From assembly GCA_002269645.1 (NCBI GenBank), contig NIVC01002486.1, forward strand, positions 1 to 40,849: a stretch of 40,849 bases of DNA. The letters run 5' to 3'. Below, one piece after another: positions 1 to 15,561 of the stretch; the first letter of the stretch is position 1, and each line of letters opens with the position of its first letter. The DNA is from Macrostomum lignano. Lineage: Eukaryota. The notes beneath the pieces were generated by a model. The model did no database searches and was not told the origin of the DNA. It worked only from the letters and a program-made list of their open reading frames with translations. The position numbers and the translations under genes were made by a program.

Positions 1-952
1 AGTGACTTTTGTGTGCCACTCTTGGTGACTTCGGTGTGACACTCGCGAGTGACTTCTGTGTGACACTCTTAAGTGACTTTTGTGTGCCACTCTTGGTGAC
101 TTCTGTGTGACACTCGCGAGTGACTTCTGTGTGACACTCTTAAGTGACTTTGTGTGCCACTCTTGGGTGACTTCTGAGTGCCACTCTTGAGTGACTTCTG
201 TGTGCCACTCTTGGGTGATCTGTGTGCCACTCTGGGCGATCTGTGTGCCACTCTTGGGTGATCTGTGTGCCACTCTTGGGTGACTCTGTGTGCCACTCTT
301 GGGTGATCTGTGTGCCACTCTTGGGTGATCTGTGTGCCACTCTTGGTGATTCTGATGTGCCACTCTTGGTGATCTGTGTGGCACTCTTGGTGATCTGTGT
401 GCCACTCTTGGGTGATCTGTGTGCCACTCTTGGGTGATCTGTGTGCCACTCTTGGGTGATCTGTGTGCCACTCTTGGGTGATCTGTGTGCCACTCTTGGG
501 TGATCTGTGTGCACTCTTGGGTGATCTGTGTGCCACTCTTGGGTCTTCTGTGTGACACTCGCGAGTGACTTCTGTGTGACACTCGCGAGTGACTTCTGAG
601 TGCACTCTTGAGTGACTTCTGTGTGCCACTCTTGGTGTCTGTGTGCCACTCTTGGTGATCTGTGTGCCACTCTTTGGGTGATCTGTGTGCCACTCTTGGG
701 CGATCTGTGTTCCACTCTTGGGTGATACTGTGTGCCACTCTTTGGGTGACTTCTGTGTGCCACTCTTGGGCGATCTGTGTTCCACTCTTGGGTGATCTGT
801 GTGCCACTCTTTGGGTGATCTGGTGTCCACTCTTGGGTGATCTGTGTGCCACTTCTTGGTGATCTGTGTGCCACTCTTGGGTGATCTGTGTGCCACTCTT
901 GGGTGATCGTGTGCCACTCTTGGGTGATCTGTGTGCCACTCTGGTGATCTGT
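1..952. repeat. Minisatellite, ~22-bp unit (GTGCCACTCTTGGGTGATCTGT), with variant units GTGACACTCGCGAGTGACTTCTGT
   Basis: The unit is directly visible, head to tail, with many 1-bp indels. The array runs off the left edge of the window. Confidence 0.97.
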
Positions 953-1346
953 TTGCGTGCACTGCTAAGTGAACTTGGAGTAAAATCTGTGATCGAAGCT
1001 GTGTCATTTGCGATAAATGAAAAGTACTGCATGTGCTTTAAAAGCCGGAAGTGACCTCCGTTGTAGTCAAAAGAAAAAATCAGTGAATGCTCAACTGAAG
1101 TTGAGGCAATAGGTCCCGACTCGGGGCCTACAACATGGCTAAGCAAAATCGCCAGTACACGGGTTTATTTTTCTGTCTAAAGTTGAACATTACTCAGCTT
1201 CTACAGTCGCTATGGATACGCTGGTCTAAGTTTAAGCGAGACGGAGCTAGCGAGGATGGTTAATAAAATAGCTGTCAGCAAGCAACACTAAGGTTAGTTA
1301 AAACCTGTTTGCCAATTAGACGATCAATAATTGAGTAGAGCCTCAA

Positions 1347-2162
1347 CTATTTGATAGATGTTCTCAATCTCAACCGGTGCGAAGCATGTCGAACATCGTC
1401 CGAATCTTCTTCATTGACATTGTGCCAGAGTGGCGCTTCCCGCAGCTCCTGATTGCTCGGCGATTGGCCCCGATGATGGAGCAGGAAGCTGCGAATCTTC
1501 TGCATCAGCTCACGACGCTGGAATCGGATTATTGAATTGGCTTCTTATGTTTCTTGCTATTTTACATACCAAAGGCCCTAGAGTTGAGGCTCTCTACGAA
1601 CTGTTTGAAGAGTTGAGGCTCTCATCGTAATGGAATTACGGAGATTTCAGGAGATTTTCGAAAAATCGACAGACAGAATTTTCACTCTCCATTTACTTTG
1701 AGGCTCTCGACGCTCTTACATTTATGTAGACCTTATTTAGGCTCCTACTTCTTTGCAAGACGAATCTTTCTACGCGTTGAGGCTCTCTATCTATAAACAT
1801 CTCTAATAGCTGCAACAAAAGCTCTCGACGAAGCCTCCAAAAGTTTTGGACTCCTACGAGTCTCCCAAAAAATCGGGGCTCTCCACGATCGAACCTTTAG
1901 AGAGTTTAGGCTCTCGCCTGTTCTGTAAATCTACGATGATGCACGTAATACGCTCGTATTAGAGGCTCTCTACGAACCCGCCTGAGTAAACTATTTTACT
2001 CACGCGCTCGAACTGGTCGTCAGTCGGAACAGAGCTAGCAGCGTCCGAGAAGTCGCCCTCGTTTTCAAAGTCGACTACGTTCGAAGCGCCATCTCGACTC
2101 TGCTGCGGCAGAGCCAGACAGGTAGCTGAGATAAAGCTCATGATGAGCAAAGAAGCAATCAT
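1347..2162 (-). CDS. Small secreted orphan protein or candidate prohormone, ~109 aa, 2 coding exons (2162-2004, 1517-1347)
   Basis: Hydrophobic N-terminus MIASLLIMSFISATCLA-LP is followed by an acidic spacer. Donor CGC|GTGAGT and acceptor TTCCAG|CGT are both phase 0. Splicing gives ...QFER-RRELMQKIRSFLLHHRGQSPSNQELREAPLWHNVNEEDSDDVRHASHRLRLRTSIK*. The start could lie further upstream. Confidence 0.6.
1575..1980. repeat. Degenerate dispersed motif (TTGAGGCTCTCTACGA-like) inside the intron of the secreted gene
   Basis: The motif recurs repeatedly with variable spacers, e.g. near 1583, 1614, 1700, 1778 and 1962. Confidence 0.55.
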
Positions 2163-2274
2163 GATGACGCATCCCGTGCCGCTTTGTGTTGCTGACCGAG
2201 CATTCTTGCAAAGTTCAGATCCTGCATCAACGAAAGCATAGTGCAAGCGTAAGTTTGTGTCTCTTAAGGCCACC

Positions 2275-2895
2275 TACCCCCATTGATTTCAGGTCCTTCC
2301 TTTGAAGTGCCTACAACCCCCCATTGATTTCAGGTCCTTCCTTTTATGCGCCGACAGCCCCCTCATTGATTTCAGATCCTTCCTTTTATGCGCCGACAGC
2401 CCCCTCATTGATTTCAGGTCCTTCCTTTTATGCGCCGACAGCCCCCTCATTGATTTCAGGTCCTTCCTTTTATGCGCCGACAGCCCCCTCATTGATTTCA
2501 GGTCCTTCCTTTGAAGTGCCGACAATCCTATAGATTTAAGGTCCTTCCTTTAATGGGCCGACAACCCCCATTGATTTCAAGTCCTTCCATGTGCTGACAA
2601 CCCCCCATTGATTTCAAGTCCTTCCTTTAATGTGCCGACACCTCCCATAGATTTAAGGTCCTTCCTTTGAAGGGCCGACAACCCCCATTGATTTCAAGTC
2701 CTTCCTTTAATGTGCCGACAACCCCCATTAATTTCAAGTCCTTCCTTTAATGTGCCGAAAAACCCCCATTGATTTCAGGTCCTTCCTTTGATGTGCCGAC
2801 AACCTCCCATTGATTTCAGGTCCTTCCTTTGATGTGCCGACACCCTCCCATTGATTTCAAGTCCTTTGATGTGCCGACAACCCCAATTGATTTTC
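2275..2895. repeat. Minisatellite, ~39-bp unit (CCCCATTGATTTCAGGTCCTTCCTTTTATGCGCCGACAG)
   Basis: The tandem unit is visible and explains the periodic 13-aa ORFs at 2289-2533. Confidence 0.96.
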
Positions 2896-3879
2896 AATTC
2901 TTCTTTTAAAGGACTCCATGTTTTTCTTGCATTTTGCATCCTTTCAGACACCCACCGAATTCATGTAAACGAAGCGTAAAATTTCAAGTGTACTGTAGCT
3001 AAAAATCTGAGAAAAATTTCGATAACAAAACGCTAAACAAAGCCACGAGCTTCACAGCACTCAGCTGAGAAACAAAAAGTTTCTTACATAGTTGGTAACT
3101 GTTCCACTAATGTTTAAAGCATATCTGGGCAAAAATTTTTACTTTTAAGCTGGTTCTGCAAGCGGCTTAGGCCAAACTCAACTGCAAGAAATTGATGCAA
3201 GAAAAATAACTAGAAGCAACAAGAAGGGGCCGGACCGGCCTGTCCATTGCACTTGTGGCAGCTGGTCCCCTCTGTAATCCCCCCCGGATAATGGCAATTG
3301 ATTTGATCGCTTAAACCGCTTCTGTTTCTTTCCCAGACTCTGTCAATCAATACGGATTGGAATTTGAAAATAAGCAGACAGATGCAAGTAATATGCTTCA
3401 TCGCTCCAGAAGAGACAAAAAAGCATATGCAAAAGTTCTAAATCAAATCCGCCTTGTCAAACTTACCAATAAGAAAATGGTCCACAGGATTATATTGGGT
3501 AAAGATCGAGAATTCAGTAACGATTGCTCAGATTTTGTCTTGTACTGTCAAGAGTCGGCGTCTCTAAAGCGAGATTTTCTAGCATGCTTTTTATAGAGAG
3601 ACTAGCTGATAGATATAATTGTCAGCAAGGCGTGGCCCTGACCAATGGGGATTGAGATCTGGGACTGGGATCGAAGGCGGCTCGTATTTTCTATTACTAA
3701 ATTAGGCAAAGAGACTGTCGCAGGTTTTGCACAGGATTCACAGAAAATATTCTGACTATAGTATCCTATTAATCCAGATTTTTTAAATTTAGGAAAACTT
3801 ATAAACGCTCATATTTTAAAAAAAGACTTGATCTTTTAAAAAAATTAGGTAGGATTTATCAAAACATATTTTAGAGTTT

Positions 3880-4430
3880 TCCACTAGGGATTTCTGAGAG
3901 AAAATCCACGATTCTTCTTAGAAAATCGTTTCTAAGAAACGACTCGGGTTTTCTGAGGAAAAACGTTAAACTTAGAACATAAGTTTTTCTAAGAATTTTA
4001 ATTGGCTTTCTAAGAGACCGTCGATTTTTAATGACGTTATTATGATTTCTAAGAATAATAGTGGATTTATTACAAAAGTTCCACAGTTCTTTAAAACGCA
4101 TTATATGCCTGCTAAGAGATACGACCGTCGGTCTTGTGATAAAGTATCCGCATGATTTCTAAGAAATATCGGTAGGTTTTCTATGAAATAATATCCCGTT
4201 AAAAAATAATCGCTAACTTTTCACGAATAATCCCGAGGTTTCGATGCAGTATCTTGGGCCTTCTTACAAAAAAGCATCATCGGGTTTCAATGAAGTATCT
4301 AAGGATTTCTAAGAAATATGCTGGGTTTTCTAAGAAGCATCGTAGACAGTTGAAGAGATATCACCCGGTTTTGATAAGGTTTCACTGGATTTCTCCATGG
4401 GGTTTTCTAAGAAGCACCGCAGGTTTCCAA
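3880..4430. repeat. Degenerate AT-rich repeat (TTTTCTAAGAA motif)
   Basis: TTTCTAAGAA-like motifs recur at roughly 20-40 bp spacing. Confidence 0.5.
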
Positions 4431-6106
4431 TTTACAAGATAACACTGTGGTGTTGTATATTGTAACGGTAACTTCCAGTGGTCCTTAGTTCGAAGTTTGA
4501 TTATGTATACTTAGGCTACCTCCTTTTTCCTTAATGAATCTTTATCAGCGGTTATTCAGACTACGGTTTCTCAGCGCCCACTGCTCAACAAGTTAATTAG
4601 CATATACTACTGTTCTCCCGAAAATGCAAATAAGCCCAACCAATCTGCACTCAGTCTGAATGAAGCTCAGCTGCAGCCTCGTCCTACTCAAAACAATTCT
4701 CGAGTGACAAGATGCCACTCAGTCAGATTAAAATTCGAATTCGATCTTGTAGTTGTCGGCATCAATTCGAAGAAAATTTCTGAAGACAGTCTGAAATTCT
4801 GTTTGACAGAATGTTAATTATAGGCAGAACTTCGAGTCTTACCTGGGCTCAAACAGTCTGTAATTATATGACCGCTACATGCAGAAGGCAGAAGGAAGGC
4901 TGTCTGCAAAATCGTTGCAGCAAATTTTGCGACAATAGCCGGGGCCATTGCTATTCAGGAAGAAACAACAAGCGAGCAGCAGTTCCTAGGAAAATTGCTA
5001 AATTATAGTCATGCAGAACGCATCTTCGCAAAGTTGAGGCGCCCGCAATGCACCTGCTCAGATGCCACGTCTCATTATAGTTTACGCTTCAAGTTGAAGC
5101 AGTCAGCATACCTGCCTAGAGCTGAGATCCCACAACTCACTGCTCAAAGTTTAAAATTTATTAAATCGATAAAATTTGGATCAGATAGAGTTTAGATTTA
5201 CAGGTTCGAAAGCTATTTTTGACAACAAAGCAGTGCGCCAATGCAGTGCCAAAACATCCGGCCATATTTAGACGTGAGGACATGACATGAGCCAGACAGC
5301 TCAGAGACTGAGTTTGCGTGCGTGCTGAGATCAAACAATTGAGCAATCAAGTTATCAGCTCGTGCTGCCTTTTACATTCCTTACTTGAACTGAGCATTCG
5401 CTCTTTGATGCAAAGGTTTGATGCAAAGCAAATCAGATATCGTCACACAGCACCATGCAGTGCCTTGGAGGGGTTTGGCTTTCATAGCTGTGAAGTCCGG
5501 ATTGTTGCTGCAAAATGTTGACAGAAATTGCTGTTTTGATTTAACAATAACTAGAACACATCTCACCGTGAACTGAACTTGCAAATAGGTTGACAAAACA
5601 CACAGTTCTTCAGTTTACAATTCAGAAGTTTAATAAGGTGAAGCTATAGGCAGTTCGGCTTCGTAATGCTAAAAAAGGAACTGAAAATTTCCGAAATCTC
5701 GATAACTAATTTTACAACGTCCTTAGCTTCTGGCTTATTTTAGTTGGCCCACGGGCAGCATCCCGTCTGTCACTGAGCCCGTTTAGCCAGAGCCCATGGA
5801 ACAAGCCGCTGTGCTCATGTTAACAATGTCTGATTTATTATTAACTAATGCGTAACCGACTCCCGATCGCGGTGCAGCGGCCATAATAACAGTTTTGGAG
5901 GTCGTAAAACACGGCAGAAATTTCTTCACCAACCGTGCATTATGCATGGCTGAGGTGAAGCGAACCTCTCGCTGACTGTGCGCCTGCAGTTCGTTACATG
6001 TTTTGCTGGGGGATGTGACCGGGGTTAAACAATAAGTCACTGCCATGCAGTGGGAGAAAACTGGGAAGGTACAGGGGGAGAAGATAGAAGAGGGAACAGA
6101 ACAGAG

Positions 6107-7115
6107 GACACTGACAGATAGGGACAGGCAAAGACAGACAGGGACAGACAGAGACAGACACGAGACAGAAAAAGACAGACAGGGACAGATAAAGACAGGC
6201 AGGGACAGACAAAGACAGGCAGGGACAGACAAAGACAGGGACAGACAAAGACAGGCAGGGACAGATAAAGACAGGCAGGGACAGACAAAGGCAGACAGGG
6301 ACATACAAAGGCAGACAGGGACAGACAAAGACAGGGACAGACAAAGACAGGGACAGACAAAGACAGGCAGGGACAGATAAAGACAGGCAGGGACAGACAA
6401 AGGCAGACAGGGACATACAAAGACAGACATGGACAGAAAAAGACAGGCAGGGACATACAAAGACAGACAGGGACAGACAAAGACAGGCAGGGACAGACAA
6501 AGACAGGCAGGGACAGGCAGGGACAGACAAAGGCAGACAGGGACATACAAAGACAGACAGGGACAGACAAAGACAGACAGGGACAGACAAAGACAGGCAG
6601 GGACAGACAAAGACAGGCAGGGACAGGCCGGGACAGACAAAGGCAGACAGGGACATACAAAGACAGACAGGGACAGACAAAGACAGGGACAGACAAAGAC
6701 AGGCAGGGACAGATAAAGACAGGCAGGGACAGACAAAGACAGGCAGGGACAGACAAAGACAGGCAGGGACAGGCAGGGACAGACAAAGGCAGACAGGGAC
6801 AGACAAAGACAGGCAGGGACAGACAAAGACAGACAGGGACAGACAAAGACAGGCAGGGACAGGCAGGGACAGACAAAGGCAGACAGGGACAGACAAAGAC
6901 AGGCAGGGACAGACAAAGACAGACAGGGACAGACAAAGACAGACAGGGACAGACAAAGACAGGCAGGGACAGGCAGGGACAGACAAAGACAAAGACAGGC
7001 AGGGACAGACAAAGACAGACAGGGACAGACAAAGACAGGCAGGGACAGGCAGGGACAGACAAAGGCAGACAGGGACAGACAGACAGGGACAGACAGGGAC
7101 AGACAGGGACACAAA
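6107..7115. repeat. Compound GACA/GGCA micro- and minisatellite (GGGACAGACAAAGACAGGCA family)
   Basis: Almost T-free purine-rich array. It produces the spurious C/L/S/V/P ORFs at 5783-7232. Confidence 0.97.
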
Positions 7116-7228
7116 GCTAATAGAGGAGATAAACAGGATCGCAAAACAGTCCAGACCCTTCCGCAACCCTACACCAAGTCCACAACTGTAAACGGTAGCT
7201 CGTACATCAAACTGCAGTATCGAATCAA

Positions 7229-10152
<2,924 letters not shown>

Positions 10153-10394
10153 CTAAAATTATTCTAATACTAGAATTCTCAGTGTTTGCTTGCGGAAAAA
10201 ATGCTTTATAAGAACAACAACCGACTTACCATAGACTATAATACTCCTGGATAATAAAAATCAGAAATTCTTTCAGAAGTTTAAACAAAACAGTATAGTA
10301 CGAAACTTAGAAAGAGACCAGATCCAGCTACTCAAAAAGATGGCATCAAAAAGTCTCAAAGTCTCAAACTGTCGACAATGGTACCAGAGGCAAT

Positions 10395-11965
10395 TGACAG
10401 TGACACCGTGTAGATCAGACACAATCGACAGTGACATTGTGTAGATCATGCACAATCGACAGTGACACTATGTAGATCAGACACAATCGACAGTGACACC
10501 GTGTAGATCAGACACAATCGACAGTGACATTGTGTAGATCATGCACAATCGACAGTGACACTATGTAGATCAGACACAATCGACAGTGACACCGTGTAGA
10601 TCAGACACAATCGACAGTGACATTGTGTAGATCATGCACAATCGACAGTGACACTATGTAGATCAGACACAATCGACAGTGACACTGTGTAGATCAGACA
10701 CAATCAGCAGTGACACTGTGTAGATCAGACACAATTGACAGTGACACTGTGTAGATCAGACACAATTGACAGTGACACCGTGTAGATCAGGCACAATCGA
10801 CAGTGACACTGTGTAGATCAGGCACAATCGACAGTGACACCGTGTAGATCAGGCACAATCGACAGTGACACTGTGTATGTAGATCAGACACAATCGACAG
10901 TGACACCTTGTAGATTAGACACACTGTGTAGATCAGACACAATCGACAGTGACACCTTGTAGATTAGACACACTGTGTAGATCAGACACAATCGACAGTG
11001 ACACCGTGTAGATCAGGCACAATCGACAGTGACACTGTGTAGATCAGGCACAATCGACAGTGACACTGTGTAGATCAGACACAATCGACAGTGATACTGT
11101 GTAGATCAGACACAATCGATAGTGACACTGTGTAGATCAGACACAATTGACAGTGACACTGTGTAGATCAGACACAATCGACAGTGATACTGTGTAGATC
11201 AGACACAATCGACAGTGATACTGTGTAGATCAGACACAATCGATAGTGACACTGTGTAGATCAGACACAATCGACAGTGACACTATGTAGATCAGACACA
11301 ATCGGCAGTGACACTGTGTAGATCAGGCACAATCGACAGTGACAGTGTAGATCAGACACAATCGACAGTGACAGTGTAGATCAGACACAATCGACAGTGA
11401 CACCGTGTAGATCAGACACAATCGACAGTGACACCGTGTGGATCAGACATAATCGACAGTGACACTGTGTAGATCAGACACAATTGACAGTGACACTGTG
11501 TAGATCAGACACAATCGACAGTGACACTGTGTATGTCGATCAGACACAATCGACAGTGACACCTTGTAGATTAGACACACTGTGTAGATCAGACACAATC
11601 GACAGTGACACCTTGTAGATTAGACACACTGTGTAGATCAGACACAATCGACAGTGACACCTTGTAGATTAGACACACTGTGTAGATCAGACACAATCGA
11701 CAGTGACACTGTGTAGATCAGACACAATCGGCAGTGACACTGTGTAGATCAGGCACAATCGACAGTGACAGTGTAGATCAGACACAATCGACAGTGACAC
11801 TATGTAGATCAGACACAATCGACAGTGACACTGTGTAGATCAGACACAATCGGCAGTGACACTGTGTAGATCAGACACAATCGACAGTGACACTGTGTAG
11901 ATCAGACACAATCGGCAGTGACACTGTGTAGATCAGACACAATTGACAGTGACACCGTGTAGATA
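10395..11965. repeat. Minisatellite, ~31-bp unit (GTGTAGATCAGACACAATCGACAGTGACACT), ~1.6 kb
   Basis: Direct tandem array with no unique spacers. Confidence 0.98.
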
Positions 11966-12318
11966 GATGCAGATAGAACCATTAGGACATGTTGGTCTCA
12001 TCAAAAAAATCTGAAAATTTTGTGAAAAAAGATTCGACAGAGTCTTATAGAATGAATCAAGGCAGGTTAATAAGAACTCGGAGAAGATGAGCCGATTTTA
12101 ACGGTTCTGAGAAAGTAAGGGAAGTACGTTGTAAGTACGCTTGTAAGCAAACTAGTTCGAGTCTTTTGAAGGCTTGAATTAATGAAACATTTCTTGAGCA
12201 CCTGCGAACTCCCAAGTGAAGAAAATTGAGCATGCCTGAGGCCATCTCGAGTGGAACTCTATGAGCAATTTTGAGACGCACAATCAAACTAGCCGTTCCT
12301 AAGAGCAGCCAGCTAGTT

Positions 12319-12541
<223 letters not shown>

Positions 12542-13424
12542 AAGACTTATTAATAAAGGATTTGCTATCTTTGAAAAGCGGTGGTTTTTTAAATTCCCTA
12601 GTCTGAGATGGATTAGAAGCATCAGGCTTTGGATTTTTAGAGAAGGAGAATTCCCTACTACCTAAGGACAGAAAAATCTCCTCACAGCCCACTCTCATCC
12701 CGTGTTCAAAGCTTTCATTAACTCCAGAACCAATCACGATCGGTTGGCATCAAATCCAGTTCAGTCGTTTCATTCTCTCAAATTTTGTTATTGAAAGCTT
12801 ATAACAGCTCGAGACGCAGGTCCTCCAGCGGCACGAAGCGGGTTTTTAGTCCAGAACTTCTCTTGAACTGGAGCTTGTCTCAACGTACTAACAGGTAAGT
12901 TTTGCTGATATATATTGAATGTTATAGAAAGATCAACAGAGCATATTAATACATGCTCTCAGACAGGCTGCATCATGAAATTCGCTCAGTTTTTCATAGC
13001 TGCAAAAAATTCGCGCTTTAGGCGGCAAATAAATCAAATTATTTGATATTATCCAAGCCAGCAGCTTGAGTTCCCTTGAGGCTTGGATGGAGCATGGATT
13101 AGCATAATGGATTCAGTTTAGTGCTTGCTAGATCGAACTGGTCGTAGTGACGCGGTCTCAAATTCGATAGATTAGAAAAACAAGAGCAAACATAAAAATG
13201 ATTTTTCCTATTAATCGGTGACGCACCGCGAGCCATACGGCATATGGCACATTGGCATATTTTACCGACTCTCTCATTAAATATGCACCCCACAGGATTA
13301 AGTTGTAAAATATAAGCTGCGAGTAAGTAAATCTAGCCACCATTTCCTTCTTAACAACAGCAACATCCACACGAAGGATTAACTACCGCGTGCACCTTGA
13401 GATATCGTTGACGCTAATTCAAGC

Positions 13425-14015
13425 ATGGTGCGTTATGGAACGGCTTTTGCTATGGCAGTCATTGCCGTTGTCTGCTTCTTGACGGTCGAGGCTCACGAAA
13501 GCAAGCGACGCTACAACTACCTGAGGGACGCCATGCTGAGCAAGCGAGGCTACAACTACCTGAGGGACGCCATGCTGAGCAAGAGAGGCTACAACTACCT
13601 GAGGGACGCCATGCTGAGCAAGAGAGGCTACAACTACCTGACGGACGCCATGCTGAGCAAGCGAGGCTACAACTACCTGAGGGATGCCATGCTGAGCAAG
13701 AGAGGCTACAACTACCTGACGGACGCCATGCTGAGCAAGCGAGGCTACAACTACCTGAGGGATGCCATGCTGAGCAAGAGAGGCTACAACTACCTGAGGG
13801 ACGCCATGCTGAGCAAGCGAGGCTACAACTACCTGAGGGACGCCATGCTGAGCAAGCGAGGCTACAACTACCTGAGGGACGCCATGCTGAGCAAGCGAGG
13901 TTACAACTACCTGAGGGACGCCATGCTGAGCAAGCGAGGTTACAACTACCTGAGGGACGCCATGCTGAGCAAGCGAGGCTACGAATACCTGCATAAAGCA
14001 ATGAGAGAAATCTAA
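13425..14015 (+). CDS. Multi-copy neuropeptide precursor, 196 aa: signal peptide, 12 KR-flanked 11-mers and a C-terminal GYEYLHKAMREI
   Basis: Signal-like MVRYGTAFAMAVIAVVCFLTVEA. Peptides: 9x GYNYLRDAMLS, 2x GYNYLTDAMLS and 1x RYNYLRDAMLS, all separated by KR. Most unit-to-unit differences are synonymous (CGA/AGA, GAC/GAT, GGC/GGT). AATAAA lies near 14079. Confidence 0.93.
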   Translation: MVRYGTAFAMAVIAVVCFLTVEAHESKRRYNYLRDAMLSKRGYNYLRDAMLSKRGYNYLRDAMLSKRGYNYLTDAMLSKRGYNYLRDAMLSKRGYNYLTDAMLSKRGYNYLRDAMLSKRGYNYLRDAMLSKRGYNYLRDAMLSKRGYNYLRDAMLSKRGYNYLRDAMLSKRGYNYLRDAMLSKRGYEYLHKAMREI

Positions 14016-14797
14016 ATCTGGCCAAAGTTCAATAAGTTTGGCTTGGCTTTGGCTTGATACCAATATATTGGCGGTATCAATAAATTTGATGAAACCTATA
14101 CGATATAAACTAAGATTTATCAAGAAACAGTTCTTGTATTTTTCGATTTAAAATTACACAATATGCAGCCACTATTTGCTCTGAATTTATAATTTTAATC
14201 TGATCAGAGGAATAACTAATGAGTTCGCGAGATCCCCTACGGCTGTCTCTGATATATATAATAAAATATTTATTAAAGCCGATAGGCCAAGCCTTGCAAT
14301 CCTTTGATTTTCACTCTGCTTTCTGTTTCTTATTAAGTTTTTCGGTAAGAAAGACGGATTCTGCAGTGCAGGGTAGCAGAGTTATTATCGATTGATTGAT
14401 CCACCATAAAATAACTGGCTTAGTGGGATGAAATTTGCAATGATTTTTGACGTAAATAAAGCTCATATTATAAGAACTGATTCTACTGTTCAAATTTTGG
14501 CTTGTACTTTTTAATGCAGATTTGTGTATAGTTAAGACTAAGCTATTTCGAAAAGATAGTATAGAGATGATTCACTTTTATGATATTTTATCACATCTAG
14601 CCGAAAAATCTCTTATATTTAGCAGGGAAGATCTCACAACCTATGGAAGATATTATCAAGCAAGGAAACTTCATATTTTCAGAAGCATTTTACATCTAAT
14701 ACGTTTATCAACAAATTCCTATATCCAACAGAGATCATAGCACAGAAGATCTGGATCTGGATACGGTGACCGCAAGAACAACAGGATACACTACATG

Positions 14798-15561
14798 GGG
14801 CCCATCACAAGCTCGAAAAATCACATCGTCGAAAAGCATCCACCATCACAAGCTCGAAAAGTCATAAGCTCGAAAAATCATATTGTCGAAAAGTTTAGCA
14901 ACCACCATCACAAGCTCGAAAAATCATAAGCTCGAAAAATCACATCGTCGAAAAGTTTAGCAACCACCATCACAAGCTCGAAAAGTCATAAGCTCGAAAA
15001 ATCATATCGTCGAAAAGTCCAGCAACCACCATCATTAGCTCGAAAATTCACAAGCTCGAAAAGTCACATCGTCGAAAAGGTTAGCAACCACCATCACAAG
15101 CTTGAATAGGGTTAGGGTTAGAGCTTGTGCCTTAGGGTTAGGGCTTAGGGTTAGGGTCGGGGTTAGAACTAGTGCCTTTAAGTTAGGGTTTAGGGTTAGG
15201 TTAGGGTTATGGTTCAGGGTTAGGCTAGGGTACTGGTGCCTTAGGGTTAGGGTTAGTGCCTTGGGGTTAGGGTTAGAGCTTGTGCCTTTTCAAGCTTGTG
15301 ATGGTGTTTGCTAAACTTTTCGACGATGTGATTTTTCGAGCTTATGACTTTTCGAGCTTGTGATGGTGGTTGCTAAATTTTTCGACGATGTGATTTTTCG
15401 AGCTTATGACTTTTCGAGCTTGTGATGGTGGTTGCTAAACTTCTCGACGTTATGATTTTTCGAGCTTATGACTTTTCGAGATTGTGATGGTGGTTGCTAA
15501 ATCAGTTTTCGACGATATGATTTTTCGAGCTTGTGATTTTTCGAGCTTATGATGGCGACCC
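14798..15561. mobile_element. Foldback/Mutator-like non-autonomous element: long, internally repetitive inverted arms around a telomere-like core
   Basis: Arms at 14798-~15104 and ~15291-15561 are reverse complements built from CATCACAAGCTCGAAAA subunits. Termini are GGG...CCC. An exact 9-bp TSD CACTACATG lies at 14789-14797 and 15562-15570. Confidence 0.88.
15105..15290 (+). repeat. Interstitial degenerate telomeric (TTAGGG)n tract
   Basis: About 11 exact TTAGGG copies plus variants (TCAGGG, CTAGGG, TTGGGG), punctuated by GTGCC-containing spacers. Confidence 0.9.

Noticed and set aside
69-1007. Long ORFs of 312 and 244 aa, and a possible CRISPR-like look
   Set aside because: These are translations of a 22-bp tandem repeat with no unique spacers and no cas genes, in a eukaryotic context.
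3357-3596. 79-aa ORF (MEFENKQ...) and a possible coding stretch at ~4900-5090
   Set aside because: No recognisable domain, and I could not build a consistent splice model. They may be exons of an unresolved gene.
10395-11965. 31-bp repeat array as a CRISPR array
   Set aside because: The units are contiguous with no spacers.
13419-14123. Antisense ORFs (SLAQHGVPQVVVA)n and (SLACSAWRPSGSC)n
   Set aside because: Shadows of the plus-strand neuropeptide repeat. Only the plus frame has a signal peptide and KR sites.
15105-15290. True chromosome end or fusion scar
   Set aside because: The tract is short, degenerate, in one orientation only (no head-to-head TTAGGG/CCCTAA), and enclosed in a TSD-flanked element.
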